From: Seison nebaliae
Lineage: Eukaryota
Length of the DNA stretch: 42,582 bases
Assembly (NCBI GenBank): GCA_023231475.1
Contig: JALJEE010002271.1
Coordinates: forward strand, 1-42,582
Direction: 5' to 3'
A program made the translations under genes and the position numbers. The number at the start of each line of letters is the position of its first letter. Position 1 is the first letter of the stretch. Under the pieces are notes generated by a model, which did no database searches, was not told where the DNA came from, and worked only from the letters and a program-made list of their open reading frames with translations. Below are positions 25,839 to 38,470 of this stretch, in pieces.

Positions 25839-26152
25839 AAAAAAATTTAACGAGAAAAATCGAATTTCGTTTCAAATTTTAAGACTTAAATTTTAAATTT
25901 CCTACACAACACAATTTATTTTCCCTTCAATTTTTTCGAATCTCTTCAATTTTTACGTTAATTCTCCACCTCGAAATTAGAATTTTTTTTATTCAACTAA
26001 CTAATTTTAAGAATCAAGAGATTTTTGAGGAACATTTAAATAGTTTTATTTAATTTTAACATAAAGGAAAAAATTTGAAATAAAAAAAAATGAATTTTAT
26101 AAATTTTCTTTTAAATTGGAAGTGGATTTAAAAGTTAAGTTTGGAAGAAAAA
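25839..26152. promoter_or_regulatory. Probable bidirectional promoter between PSMB7 and THUMPD1-like gene
   Basis: Two housekeeping genes are head-to-head with only ~314 bp between start codons. No specific motif identified. Confidence 0.5.
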
Positions 26153-27067
26153 ATGAAAAAAAGAAAATATCAAGTGAAAAGAAATAATAATCGCAGTGAA
26201 GATAATCGTAAATTTCCGGTATTAACTCGAAATGATTTTGGTTTTTTGATAACTTCAAATAATTTGAATCCAGCAATATCTGCCATAGAATTTCTGAATT
26301 TATTGCGAAGTATAAATTTCCAAACGACGACAAATGAAATTAATTCGACAAATGAGAAGTTGGAAGAGAATTCTTCTGATGATTTCGATAAATTATTGAA
26401 AAATGAATTGGATGAATTGAGAAATGATTCTGAAACAAATAAATACAAGATGGAATTGGAAAATGGAACTCTCATTCAAATGAAACAATTGAAAGAGAAT
26501 AAAAATTATATTTTCGCTGTCATTCAATCGAATGAGACGATGGATCTAAAGGAACGTCATAAAATTTTGAGAGAATTATGTGATCGAATATTTCGGAAGA
26601 ATTCAACAATTCAATTAGGACGTTCTCTTGCCACTTGTCGTCCGGTGGTGGCGATATCATACGTTACCATGGAAATGATCGAGGAGAATTTCAAGAGTCA
26701 TTTTCCAATTTTTCTTTGGACAAGTGAAAAATTGAGAGAATTGTTGAACAAACAAAAAGAATATGAAAATGTTAAAAAAGAGAAATTTGAATTTTATCTC
26801 TCTTACCAGATCCAGTTCAGTCCATTCGGTAATGGTTTATCATTCAGTAAGAAAGAATTAATTAAAAATGTTACAAGACTATGTGATGAGGAGGGGCGGA
26901 ACAATCAACTTCATCTTCAATTACATTCAGATAACAATAACGTTAATTTCATTTTGAGATTCTCTTTCATGGGAAATAGATGCATGATTATGATGGAGGA
27001 TCGTCACATCGATTATCATAAATATAACATTCGTCAATTCATTTCCATTAATGAAATAAGTAAATAA
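26153..27067 (+). CDS. THUMPD1: THUMP domain-containing protein 1 / Tan1-like tRNA acetylation adaptor
   Basis: Basic N-terminus, GFLITSN (cf. GILITCN), acidic DDFDKLLKNELDEL (cf. DDAEAALKKEVGDI) and C-terminal KYNI (cf. KYNL). First ATG is at 26153; intronless. Confidence 0.65.
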   Translation: MKKRKYQVKRNNNRSEDNRKFPVLTRNDFGFLITSNNLNPAISAIEFLNLLRSINFQTTTNEINSTNEKLEENSSDDFDKLLKNELDELRNDSETNKYKMELENGTLIQMKQLKENKNYIFAVIQSNETMDLKERHKILRELCDRIFRKNSTIQLGRSLATCRPVVAISYVTMEMIEENFKSHFPIFLWTSEKLRELLNKQKEYENVKKEKFEFYLSYQIQFSPFGNGLSFSKKELIKNVTRLCDEEGRNNQLHLQLHSDNNNVNFILRFSFMGNRCMIMMEDRHIDYHKYNIRQFISINEISK

Positions 27068-27812
27068 CTTTTTCTTCTTCTTCTTTCTTCCTCTTCTTCA
27101 CAATAATAACAATAATAATAATTATTATCATAAATTCATCAAATAAAAAATATATATGTTAAATTAATGTGTTTGGACATATGTAGTTAGAAATGTAAGA
27201 ATAATTCTTATTAATGCCAACATATATAAAAAATATCATAGAAAGAAATTATGAAAAAAATTTTAGGTTTTCTTTTCGTAAAAAGAAAAACTTCGAAGAA
27301 AAACCATTTAGTTAACTGGTCATAAATTGGATGGGAATATATCTAGTTTGAGAAGAAAGTTAGAAAGAAAAAAAGTTTGATGATTATTCAGAATTGAATG
27401 TTTAAATGAATTGAATGTCCATATGTAAATGATAGTTGGAATTTGTTGTGAGAATTTCGAATTTACTTGACAAATTCGTTAAAATGTTCGTCAAATTATT
27501 CAAATTCTTACGAGATTCATTTTAGAAACGAGATATTATTAATAGAAATAATAATAATAAAAAAAATAATAATAATAATAATATACTCATTGAAATGAGA
27601 ATGATGATTTATGTCAATTAATAACTTTCAATTAATTTCGACAACTTTTATTTTTTTGAACATTCTTCAAAAATAGAACTATAAATACTGTTAATGATAA
27701 ATTTTCTTCTACGCGACAACAACAACGATATTGATGAGTGTTATTTTCATTAAGTTATTTATTCGATGGAAAAATTAATTTTTTGAAATAAGACTTTACT
27801 TTATATCAATAA

Positions 27813-30670
27813 ATGACTCGTTCGATCTGTTTACCATTAGGCAAGTCAACGAATGATGGAGAATTGAGTGTGCAAAATCGATATACACGATTCTCCAACA
27901 ATTCCACTTATGACATGAACGAATTAGAGACACCATTCTCATATCAACCAACTGCATCACATGACGAACTTGATTATGAAGTTGCAGTTATTCCACAAGT
28001 CTTCCAAAATCAATTAAATGCTGCTAGAGATTCGATAGCGCCAACAGAAATCGAAAAATCAACCGAATTGAAAACTGTGAGATTTAGTTCGGAATCTTAT
28101 GGAGTCAACAAACGACAAGGACGACCATCTTTTTTCAATGATCAATATGATGATAGTAGTAGTGACATTAGTGATGCGGATATCATCGCATCCAATTCCA
28201 TAACATCATTAAGGTTCGCTTTTATTTCTATTTAAATTATTTTTTTTAACGTCATTCAATTCTTTCTAGTACACTACCAATTATAGTCCAAATTACATCG
28301 ATTCTTTATGCATTTATCGTTATCATTACAAGCATTGCTTTGTCCATCTCTTCAAACATTCGTGAGAATATTTATCAACAATCGTTAAGTAAAGGAAAAA
28401 TTTTCATGAGAGTGAAAGATAGTTCGGTTCATCTACATTTGAATGAGAGTTTGAATGGAAAAGAATTACTTGAGAATGTTCTAATGAATTATTCGACAAC
28501 ACGTCTTAATAATTATGCGGAGGAATGGGAGAAGTTTCAAGCGATGTATAATTTCTCCGAGAAATGGGAACGATGGCACACTGAATCAGCAGCACCACAA
28601 AATTTATATATTTTAAATCAAGTTAAAAAATTAAAAAAAAATTTTTTTTTAAATTTTTCCATCATAATTTTCAATTGTTAGTGGTATCAAACGGTGATGC
28701 ATTTACTCGCCATCATATGGTTGTTGTTCATCAGTTTCGATATTCAATATGTGAAAATGAATTTGAGAAGAATCAATCGACAGAAAGTAGCGGAGAGTAC
28801 GAATAATTTTGAGAAAGCTTTAAAATTCCAACTGAAGACGAGTACGAATGCAAATGGATCGATGGAAAGTGGAAGGAAATCGACAATTATTCCCAAATCC
28901 ATCATTCCCGGTGACACGGTGGAAAATGAGAAGAATCCAGGACTTTTCCGATCAATATTCAATCGATTTCCAAATATGAATCATAATTCAAGTTACGCAT
29001 CTGGTATGAGTGAAATGACGAATATTGATGATGTGGAATATTCGGATGAGGAATCGAGAGATAAATATGAGCAACTAGTTCGGAAGAGAAAGAAGGAAAT
29101 TCTTTTAGAAGAAGTGAGAAAGAATGATCAACCACATTTCTTACAAATTCCAGTACGGAAAAATAATGCGAGAGTTCTAGCAAAAAATTTAACGTTATCG
29201 AAACATGCGAAAAGGAAGTTAATCGAAGAATCAGTTCTTTATACGCCATATGGATATTTCTTTAATCAAAATATGCATTCTGGAGGATTATATATGAGAA
29301 TTGGTTGTGGTATCTTTGCAATGATTACCATTATGAAACATGCCGTGTCCATCGCTTATTTAATTGATGAACATGCTTGGACATATCATGAGATCAGTTT
29401 CCATGCGTCATATATCGTTTTCGCTTTCCTTCAATTCTTTTTCTTATTCCGTTCGGCAAATATTATCATCTTCCGATTTTCGTCATTAGCATTCCTTGGC
29501 TTAATGCATGTCATTGTAACGAATTTCTGTTATTGGACATCCGTCATATTTCACGAATTACGAAACGAATTATCACATCAGTCCAACCATAAAACGGTTG
29601 GTGGCTCAATGTTTAATATTGAGGAAATATTCTTGAGAAATGATAATACGATTGAGAATCGTGGTGCTCCAGTGAGTAAGTCTTCGGGTGAAACGTTGAG
29701 ATATACGTCGATGATTCTAGCGAATTATTTATATCCTTGTGGAGTTGAATATTCGTTGGTTGCAATTGCTGTTCTCATAATGATTTGGTCGACTGTTGGA
29801 AAGATTGATAAATCCGTTTTAAAAACTTATGCTAGAAATGCACAAAAAAGATTCATTTTCAATATCGATTGTCATAAATCCGCTATCGGTATCGCTTATG
29901 GTTTATTGATTATGATTGGGAGTATCGTTGTGATTATCGTATCAAGTGTTTTGAGTAGTGATACGACTGAAACTGGTAAAAGGAAAATGGCATTGATAAT
30001 GCATCAAAGTACAAATATGACTCTTCTATTGATTGGTTGTATTACCATGATGGCGGCTTGGTTACAGACGAGTAAGATGAAACTACATTTGACCATGCAC
30101 TCAAGTCACATCGATCAAAATCTGATTTTTGTTGCCATGATCGGTTTTCTTCTTTCTATCTTATAATTTAATTATTATAATTATTTTTTTTAAACATTCA
30201 TTTTTCTTTTAGGTGTTTACACTTTAGCTTCGTGCAGTTTATTGGCAACTATATTTTGTCGAGAAAGTCCGATCGTTAAACATTGTCCAAATATCGTCAA
30301 TCAAGATTTCATATTAACTATTCTGATAAACATTCTCATACTGGTCCAAAGTACGAGTCAAACATTATTTATTCTGGACGGACTAAGACGTCGGCCCAGA
30401 GATTTGAGACAGGCGAGAGATCGACCGGGAAGGAAAGCTATCACTTTAATGATCATGCTCAACATTACTCAATGGATGTGCGATTCTTTTGGATTGAAAT
30501 CAGCCGAACGTTTCTCTCATGAGAAATGCTTCTACGAGAATCAGTGGACGTTAATTTATCATGTTTGTGAACCATTATTTGTATTTTATCGTTTCCATTC
30601 CTCCATTTGTCTCTCGGACATCTGGAAGAATGCTTATTTATTTGATGAGAAATCCGATGAAATCGAATGA
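27813..30670 (+). CDS. Otopetrin-family proton channel; 4 exons
   Basis: Motifs SILYA, LYMRIGCGIFA, GLMHVIVTNFCYW, YLYPCGVEYSL, IDCHKSAIG, QSTSQTLFI, PLFVFYRFHSSICL. Introns at 28214-28269, 28622-28681 and 30144-30212. Confidence 0.93.
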
Positions 30671-30808
30671 AACACCGGAGTTGAATAATAATCTAAACAT
30701 CATCCATATCTCCAAAACAACAATTTGAAATATTTATTCAATAAATAAAAGTTTATTTAAGCAAAATATTTTTCAAATAATTTGAGAATATTTTCATTGA
30801 GATGATAA

Positions 30809-31042
30809 ATTCTCTTCTTACATAATCGATCAGTATTTTCACATACCTGTCCATACTACGGGTTATCTCATAACATTGGACTTCAGGATCTTAGAGATTT
30901 CATTTTTTCCTACGATCCCACAGATTCTATGTCAATCGATCGAGAATCACTCGCAGAATTAGACCGACTGATCAACACTGGTGATGATCGAAATTTTTTA
31001 TATTTTTTTCTACTTTATCCTGACGGGAATTTTAATCAATAA
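30809..31042 (+). repeat. Diverged dispersed repeat copy 2 (open 77-codon frame without upstream ATG)
   Basis: Frame HNRSVFSHTCPYY...DLRDFIFSYDPTDS matches HNRSVF and DFRNFILKDPSDS encoded at 1288-1364. Confidence 0.65.
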
Positions 31043-31206
31043 ATAATAAGAATAATAATAAATAATTAAAATAATGATTAATTAGAAAGAACATAAGACC
31101 GAAAATAGAAAAATAATGACTATTCTGAATGATGAAAATAAATTTTTGAGAATTGACTTTTAAAATTTTTATATGATATAAAGGGAAAATATGATCTTCA
31201 TGTATC

Positions 31207-31280
31207 GGCCGATTAGCTCAGTTGGTTAGAGCGTCGTGCTAATAACGCGAATGTCGTGGGTTCGATCCCCACATTGGCCA
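31207..31280 (+). tRNA. tRNA-Ile (anticodon AAT)
   Basis: GGCCGAT-TA-GCTC AGTTGGTTA GAGC-G-TCGTG CT AAT AA CGCGA-ATGTC-GTGGG TTCGATC CCCAC-ATTGGCC-A: full cloverleaf with A and B boxes and an oligo-T terminator after. Confidence 0.97.
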
Positions 31281-31527
31281 TAATTTTTTTTAAATTTTTT
31301 TATTACATTTTACATTCATATCGTTAATTACGTGTTATTTCGTACATTTTCCTATTAAAATCTAATTAAATTCCAATATCTTATGGACTTATTTCTGTTT
31401 CTCAACATACGAAAAGAAATTAAATTTATAAGGATTCTTCAAAAACTAATTATATTATAATATTATTTAAAGTAGATTTTAGTTAATGTTATCTGATGTT
31501 CTGACAGTTATCTGAAGATTAATCATC

Positions 31528-34500
31528 ATGAATTTGTTACTTTTATACTTGATGTTGCTTTCAATGTTTATCAATTCCGATAGTCAATCAAATGTTAAAT
31601 TTTTCGATCAATTTCAAATATTTTTTTCATTTTACCAGACAGTATTTTGCAAGATATGTAACGGTTATTGTAGTATCATAAACGGACGACCACGATGTTT
31701 CTGTTCAAAAATTTCATGTTCTGGTGGCAAATACTGTTCTCATCTATTAAGTTCATAAATTTCTTTATTTGTAAAGAAAAAATTCAAAAAAAACACTTTA
31801 GGTAAACCTAAAAATATGTGTGGCGACTACGGTTACACAAGAAGGAGAACATTTGGTGAAAAGTCAAAATTGTTGTCTATTACTCAACCGATAGATCAGA
31901 AGGATCTTTGTTTTAAATGTGTGTGTAACGGTTGTTACAAAGGGAAATATTGCACGGATCCTGTCAATGATTTATGTGCAAACAAATTTTGTTCTAACGA
32001 AGATAAATGTGTCCTTCGCAGACCTTTACTTGTCATCTCATCCACATCATTTGTTTATCAGAAATGTCAACCATTATGCAACGACGGCGGTCAATTGTTA
32101 ACGAAGACAACGAATTCACCATTAATGAAACAAATTGCCGTTTTTCGCATGCCATTAAGAATCACGATAAAGAAGTCTTGTTTGAATAATGGGAAATTTG
32201 TTGAACGAGAAAATAAATGTCTATGTGAAAATGGATATAGTGGCGATAAATGTTTCTATTATTATTAATCATTTAATATTCACTAATAATAAATATTCAA
32301 TTAGGTGAGAAAATTATCAAATTAATAGTTCAACATGTTTCTTGTAAGAATAATGGAACTGGAATATCTCATCCAATATTTCCCAGTATTCAAATTTGCA
32401 AATGTTATCGATATACGTATGGTAAATTTTGCGAATTAACAAGTTGATTATTATTCAATAGATTTTTCAATCCACAATTCAATATACTTATTTTTTTAAA
32501 TTAGTTTGTCAATTGCATGATAAATTATGCTTGAATGGTGGTAATTGTATTTATGAACCAAATCTGTTAATTGGTTATCAGTGTCAATGCTCGAAAGGAT
32601 TTTTTGGAACTTTCTGTGAGAAGAAATTATTAAAAAATAGTTTTTTTTCTATTATATCGAGTTTGTTGACAATCATCAAATTAGCCACATTATATTGTTC
32701 TTATTGTAAGAATGGTTCAAAATGTAAAGACTCAAAATGTCTTTGTCTGAATGGAACTTTTGGAGAATATTGTCAATTTATTCAAAATTTCAAATGTTTC
32801 CAAATATATTTGAAAAAAGTTGAACAAAAATTAATTTTTCAGATTATTTAGAAAGTGGAACAAACGATTATCATTATTTTATTCAAATTCATTCTTCCAC
32901 TCTTGTATTAGAGAAGAAACTTTATTGCGTAAATAAGAATGATCAAGTGAATTGTTCGGAAGAAAGTTTAAATCAATTAGACATTTTTCATCATTTTCCA
33001 TTTTCATTCCCAATAGGAAAATTATCTGTTAATTGTTCAACGAAAGGTTATTTACTGAAAACGACAACTGGCTTTGTTTGTTATTGTCAAATTGGACGAT
33101 TTGGTAATTATTGTGAATATGATGGTATGTTTTAATTATATTTTGTATTGAACTGAAATATTTTTTAGGTTGTACATTTGGAAATAAAACACTATGTAAT
33201 TCCGATGAAGAATGTATATCAAGAATTGTCCCTCACCCATCGACAATGGTCTATTACGACTGTATCAGTTTTCGAACATTTAAACCCTTTTCCATCATCT
33301 GTTCTTACTAGAAATTCAATTTTGTACAAGTTGTGGTGTTAATGGTAAATGTTCAGCTGATAATAGAACGTGTAAATGTAACGATGGATATTACGGAAAT
33401 ATCTGCGAGAAACACAGTTAACCAAGAATTCGAAATTAGTTTATTAAGATACTTTTTTTCAGTTTGTGATGATATTCATCATCCTTTATATCCTTGTAAT
33501 GGTACGAACACAAAAAGATGTTTGAAAGAAAAATTAGCTCCTTTCTATTCATGTAACTGTCAAAATGGATATGTCGGTGCATTTTGTAATGAGCACAGTT
33601 TCATTTCATATTACTGATAATTTCATGAATTTTAATAAGAATAGTCTGTCAAACGAAACCATGTCATAACTCAACAAATTGTCATGGAAGATGGAAATCT
33701 CCATATTATGATTGTATATGTAAAGAAGACAATGCGGATTGTTGGAGAGAATGTTAGACAATTTTTTCTTACAATTTTGTGAATCAGAAAAATGTAAATC
33801 ATTTTTCAGTTTATACCAAAAAAGTAAATTTCCATCAAAAACTTTTGTTGAAATACGTTCCCATTGGACAATTCCCTTATTTGAAAATTGAATATAGTTC
33901 CACATTTCCTAATTTCAGTGTGTCAACTTAAAAATTTCAGAATTTTCCGCATTATTTGAGAAGAAAGAAGAAATCTTTTATCATGAACTTCTCCATCAAA
34001 TGATTAATGATTCGTCGAAGTTCCATGAGGGTAAAATGGGTCGAATAAAACAACAGTTGAAGGAAGGAACTTTAAGCGTGACTACTCGGAGGAAATGTGA
34101 AAATTGGAGAAACTTTAATTTAACTGAATGGTCATCACCGTTGATTGATGATGAAATGGGAAATGCAAATTGTTATTTCGTAGGAATCAAAATTTTAGAA
34201 TTGTTGTTCGATCTACATGATCGATCAATCGATAATAAGTATACTGTTCATTATTCATTTGGTGAACGACGACAGGAAGTTTCTCATTTGAAAACGATTT
34301 ATGTAATTTTCATAAAAATGTATTTCAGTTCGTCAATAAGAGAATGGTGGTTGATGAAGATGTATCGAAATCAACTCCCTCCATTGATGTGATCGTTCCG
34401 ATTATAAAGAAATTAGAGAATTCCTATTACTTGTTTTATGATCGTATACAACCAATTCTAATATTTGGGAATCATCAAATGGAATTTATATATTCGGGTA

Positions 34501-34718
34501 AAACGAACATTTCTCCATGTTCCCATCATTTGGATTATGGATGGATTCAATTGAAGAAGTTGAATTCTTGTCATATCATCACTCCTCTTATTAATCCAAC
34601 AATCGGTATATTTATCGATCCGAGAAATAAGAATAAAGTTGTGTTTTATGTGAAGAATCAAATTATTTCTCATTACAACACTTCAAATATTCTCGATCAT
34701 TTAAAAGATTTCTTATAA
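31528..34718 (+). CDS. Secreted multi-EGF-repeat protein with unrecognised C-terminal domain; ~15 exons
   Basis: Signal peptide MNLLLLYLMLLSMF and ~10-12 EGF-like units (CLNGGNC..CQCSKGFFGTFC etc.). Fourteen short introns (donors 31594, 31751, 32252, 32443, 32640, 32796, 32966, 33125, 33268, 33417, 33598, 33753, 33897, 34279) join to one frame ending at 34718. Confidence 0.8.
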
Positions 34719-34870
34719 ATATAAAATTTCTATCATCAGTCACATTACCAGATTCCGATATTTATTAAATTATATATTTTAGAGAGAGCGAGAATATTTT
34801 CTTCATTTATTCTCCGGAAAATATGGAAAAGATTCAGAAGAAAAAAATAATTTAAAAAATTATGTTTTAA

Positions 34871-34906
34871 TTTCCATTTAAATTTTCCATTTAAATTTTC
34901 CATTTA
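34871..34906. repeat. 13-bp tandem repeat TTTCCATTTAAAT x2.8
   Basis: Read directly from the sequence. Confidence 0.85.
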
Positions 34907-35122
34907 TTATTATGAATTATTTCCTAACATTTGATAAATAATGAGAATTAAATAGATTGGTAATGGAGGTGGCTTATCAATTGTCAGCTAATACGTTAAA
35001 ACTGATTTGAATAATAAATCATCGTAATATTGACAACATCACCAATTTTCACTTGTGTTAATATTGGAAATTTATGTTATTATTCAATTTTATGTAATTG
35101 TGTGAAGTAAGTAAAAGAATCA

Positions 35123-35779
35123 ATGAAAGTTCATCAAATAATCGATGGATTATATTTGACAAATTTGCAGAATGCAGTAGATGTAACTATTCTCCGTTCG
35201 TATGATATCGACGCAGTTTTATCGATTTTGACACATGTCGATTATGAGAATGAATGTCGATCAGTTTTCCAAAATATTCGAATAGTTTCCAAACACATCG
35301 GAGTTGAGGATAGTGCTGCCAGTGATCTTCTTTCTCAATTTGACGATTGTTTTCTATTCATCGAAAATTTTTTGAGTAAACGAAAAAATGTTCTGGTTCA
35401 TTGTTATATGGCATTCTCTCGTTCACCCACCATTATTGCTGCATATCTTATGAAGAAATTCGATATCGATCGAGATCATGCAATTTCGTTCATCGAAGAT
35501 CGTCATTCGATTATCGGTCCAAATATTGGATTTATGATACAATTGAAATTGTATAATCGAATGGGCTGTCGTGCAACTCTACTCAATCCACTTTATGTCA
35601 AATATCTCGTCTCATTATATCATTTCATTTCGAATGATCGAGTATTAAGGACATGGCACCAGAATGAATGGTTATTAAATGAATTTGAAATTTCTGTTTA
35701 TGACATGGACGACAGTGCGATCAACCGAGTGAAGAAGATGGAAGATATGATCGAATTATGGAATTTATGGGTCGTCTAA
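35123..35779 (+). CDS. Atypical dual-specificity phosphatase, DUSP12-like catalytic domain
   Basis: IIDGLYL, ED..SDLLSQFD, VLVHCYMAFSRSPTIIAAYLM, GPNIGFMIQLKLYNRMG. Intronless. Confidence 0.9.
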   Translation: MKVHQIIDGLYLTNLQNAVDVTILRSYDIDAVLSILTHVDYENECRSVFQNIRIVSKHIGVEDSAASDLLSQFDDCFLFIENFLSKRKNVLVHCYMAFSRSPTIIAAYLMKKFDIDRDHAISFIEDRHSIIGPNIGFMIQLKLYNRMGCRATLLNPLYVKYLVSLYHFISNDRVLRTWHQNEWLLNEFEISVYDMDDSAINRVKKMEDMIELWNLWVV

Positions 35780-36576
35780 TTTAAATTCGAAATTTCAAAT
35801 TAATTTGAAAATTGTTCCCTTCATCCACCGAAAGAAATCTTCATCGTTTTTTTATTTATGTGAAAATTTTATTATAAAATTTACTTCATTCAATACCATC
35901 ATCATCATCATTATTATTATTATTATGTTTATTTTTTTTTAATGTGGAAATGAAGAATATATTGAATTCTTTCATGATTTGATGGAATAAAGAATTTTTA
36001 TCTTTTCCATATCATCAGTCCGATAATTTTATTTATGTATTTTATATCTTCAAAATATTTCGTTAAATTTTTATAAATTTCTCTTTCTGGTCAGTTGTCT
36101 GAATTGTTCATTTTTACGTTTATTCTTCAAAATATTTTATTTTCTATTATGAAATTTTTCCTTAACAATTTTTATGTAATTATAAATTAATTTCAGATAA
36201 TTCCTAAATTATTATCTTAATTCTCAAATTCTCCTGTAATTTTTTCCTCATTTTATTTTCCTCGATCATGTCGATGATGATGATGATGATGTAAATGTAT
36301 GATTTTTCTTATTATGTTTACTGAATAAGTTTAACGGATATTTTTATGGTGACATGTTTCGTTAGAATGATAAGAAGGAAAGAATATAATTATTTTGCTT
36401 CTTGTACTTTCCAACAATTTGGCAAACAACTCAAAGTTTTTTGTATTTGTTCAAAATGAATAATGTCAACAATTCTCTACGTATGACAAACGTGTTTTCC
36501 ACAATCGACTAACTTGATTATTGGAATTTTTCCAGATATTTTCTTCCCAACACTCTCCATCAGATGATTGTGAATA

Positions 36577-37576
36577 ATGTTGATTAGGTCGAAAACGAAA
36601 CCGATTTTCATTTATGGAATTAATTGTGTGAGAACATGTCTCCAATTGAAGAAGAGTTCGAGATACAACAAATTATTCCTGACGAAATCCATCGACAACA
36701 AAGAGAAGAATAAACGATTGGATCATATTCTGGTTAATTGATTCAATATTCGTGAAAAAACGAATGATATTCTCAATTTGATGGAACTTCGTCTATTCAA
36801 TACAAAAGGATTTAGCTCGTCAATTGAATGTTGATGTTGAAGAGAATGTTTCGATGGAATTGATGAATCGAATGTCAAACGGTCGACCACATCAAGGAAC
36901 ATGTTTGTCTATACAACCGATTATGGAGAATAAAAATTTTGAAAATTTTTTAAAATGTTTTCAAGAGAGTAATGAAAATGAAACTTTTATTTATTTACAT
37001 CGAATTCAAGATCCGATGAATTTGGGTGGAATCCTGCGAACGATTGCTTATTTCGGTTATAAATATGTTCTTTTGGATGAGCATCATTGGTTTGAATTTT
37101 TCATTTGCATCAATGATTAACGTGTATTCGGGAATAGTTGTCCCATTTCGCCCATTGTCTATCGTGCATCAACAGGTATGGTGGAATTGTTGGAATTATT
37201 TCGACTGAATGATAAATCGATTGTTGAATGTTTTAAGGTTCGTTCTTCTCATTAATCAGTATTCATATTGACATTTCAGACAATCAACAAGTCACAAATG
37301 GCAACAATCATCGCGACGGTCTGTAAAAATGAGAATGACGAAATGAATGGCACCATGGTGCCATTCCATCATTATATGGAGATGAGAAAGTTAGGAAAGA
37401 AGAATCTAATTATATTTGGTAATGAAGAAATTGGCATTAATTCTCATATTCAACGATTATCTCATCAATTATTGACAATAGAACAATTTATTCCATCATC
37501 TTCTCTCAATGTTCATGTCGCTGTTGGCATTTTTCTTTATCAATTCAGGAGAATGGCAAACTCCTTCCCCAAATAG
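36577..37576 (+). CDS. MRM1: SpoU/TrmH (SPOUT) rRNA 2'-O-methyltransferase, mitochondrial MRM1-like; 4 exons
   Basis: IYGINCV, RPHQG, IQDPMNLGGILRT, PISPIVYRASTG, IFGNEEIGI, SSLNVHVAVGI. Introns at 36733-36808, 37090-37137 and 37238-37279; the start codon is a best guess. Confidence 0.85.
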
Positions 37577-38470
37577 TATAGTTGAATGATAAATGAAAGA
37601 AATTTTTCTTAATAACAATTCAATTATCTGAATAGGAAACTAATAAAATAAGTTTCAGAATTTCCTTTCAGAAAATTCATCAGTTTTCTTCCTAATAAAT
37701 TCTCTTTCGCAAAAAGAAAAACATCATTCACATTAGATTACTACTTACTTCTTTTTCCTTTCAAATAAATCTCTACTTTCCAAACGACAAGAATTATTGA
37801 TGACGAGAGAATTCGCCATTAGTTACACTAATTGTAATTCAATAGTCGAATTTGCATTCGTCTTCCTACGACACATACGACTTGTCTGATAATGAAGAAA
37901 TCGTGCATGAAATGAAAGAAATGACGGCGGAAACTTCTCATTTCCAATTTCATGCTACTCCCTATATTTTTCGTTTATCTCCTGTTCAATTATCAATCGA
38001 ATCCTTCAATTAATCAAGACGACGAAAACAAAAAAGAGAATTAGGAATATTTATATTTCCATACGAAATTAGACTTAGTTTTAAGAGAAGGAGGAAAAGG
38101 AAAAAGGTTTAACTCCATACTTCGAAGAGAAAAGGTGCAAATAGTAGATTCGGAAGAAAAATAATTGAATCGAAAGAAATCAATTTGGAACAGGAAATGA
38201 AGAAGGAATAATAATTTCACAATCATATACTTTCCATACACAACATATATTATTATGCATGTTTAGTCGTCATTACGACCAGACATCGATAAGAGTTGCA
38301 TTGAATACATAATGATTGTCAATAATGATAAAAATTAATGTTTTATTTTTGAAAAGAAATCATTTTTTAAACAATAGGAAACTTTAAAAATTTGAAAAAA
38401 AAACAAATTTCACATAATATTTTGCGCACACATTTTCATTCCATTAGAGGGGAGTGGAATTCCATGAAAT

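Noticed and set aside
30841..30990. Possible U1 snRNA variant (ATACCTG; CATTGGACTTC resembling the U1A loop)
   Set aside because: Spacing, stems, U1-70K loop and Sm site do not fit; better explained as the dispersed coding-derived repeat.
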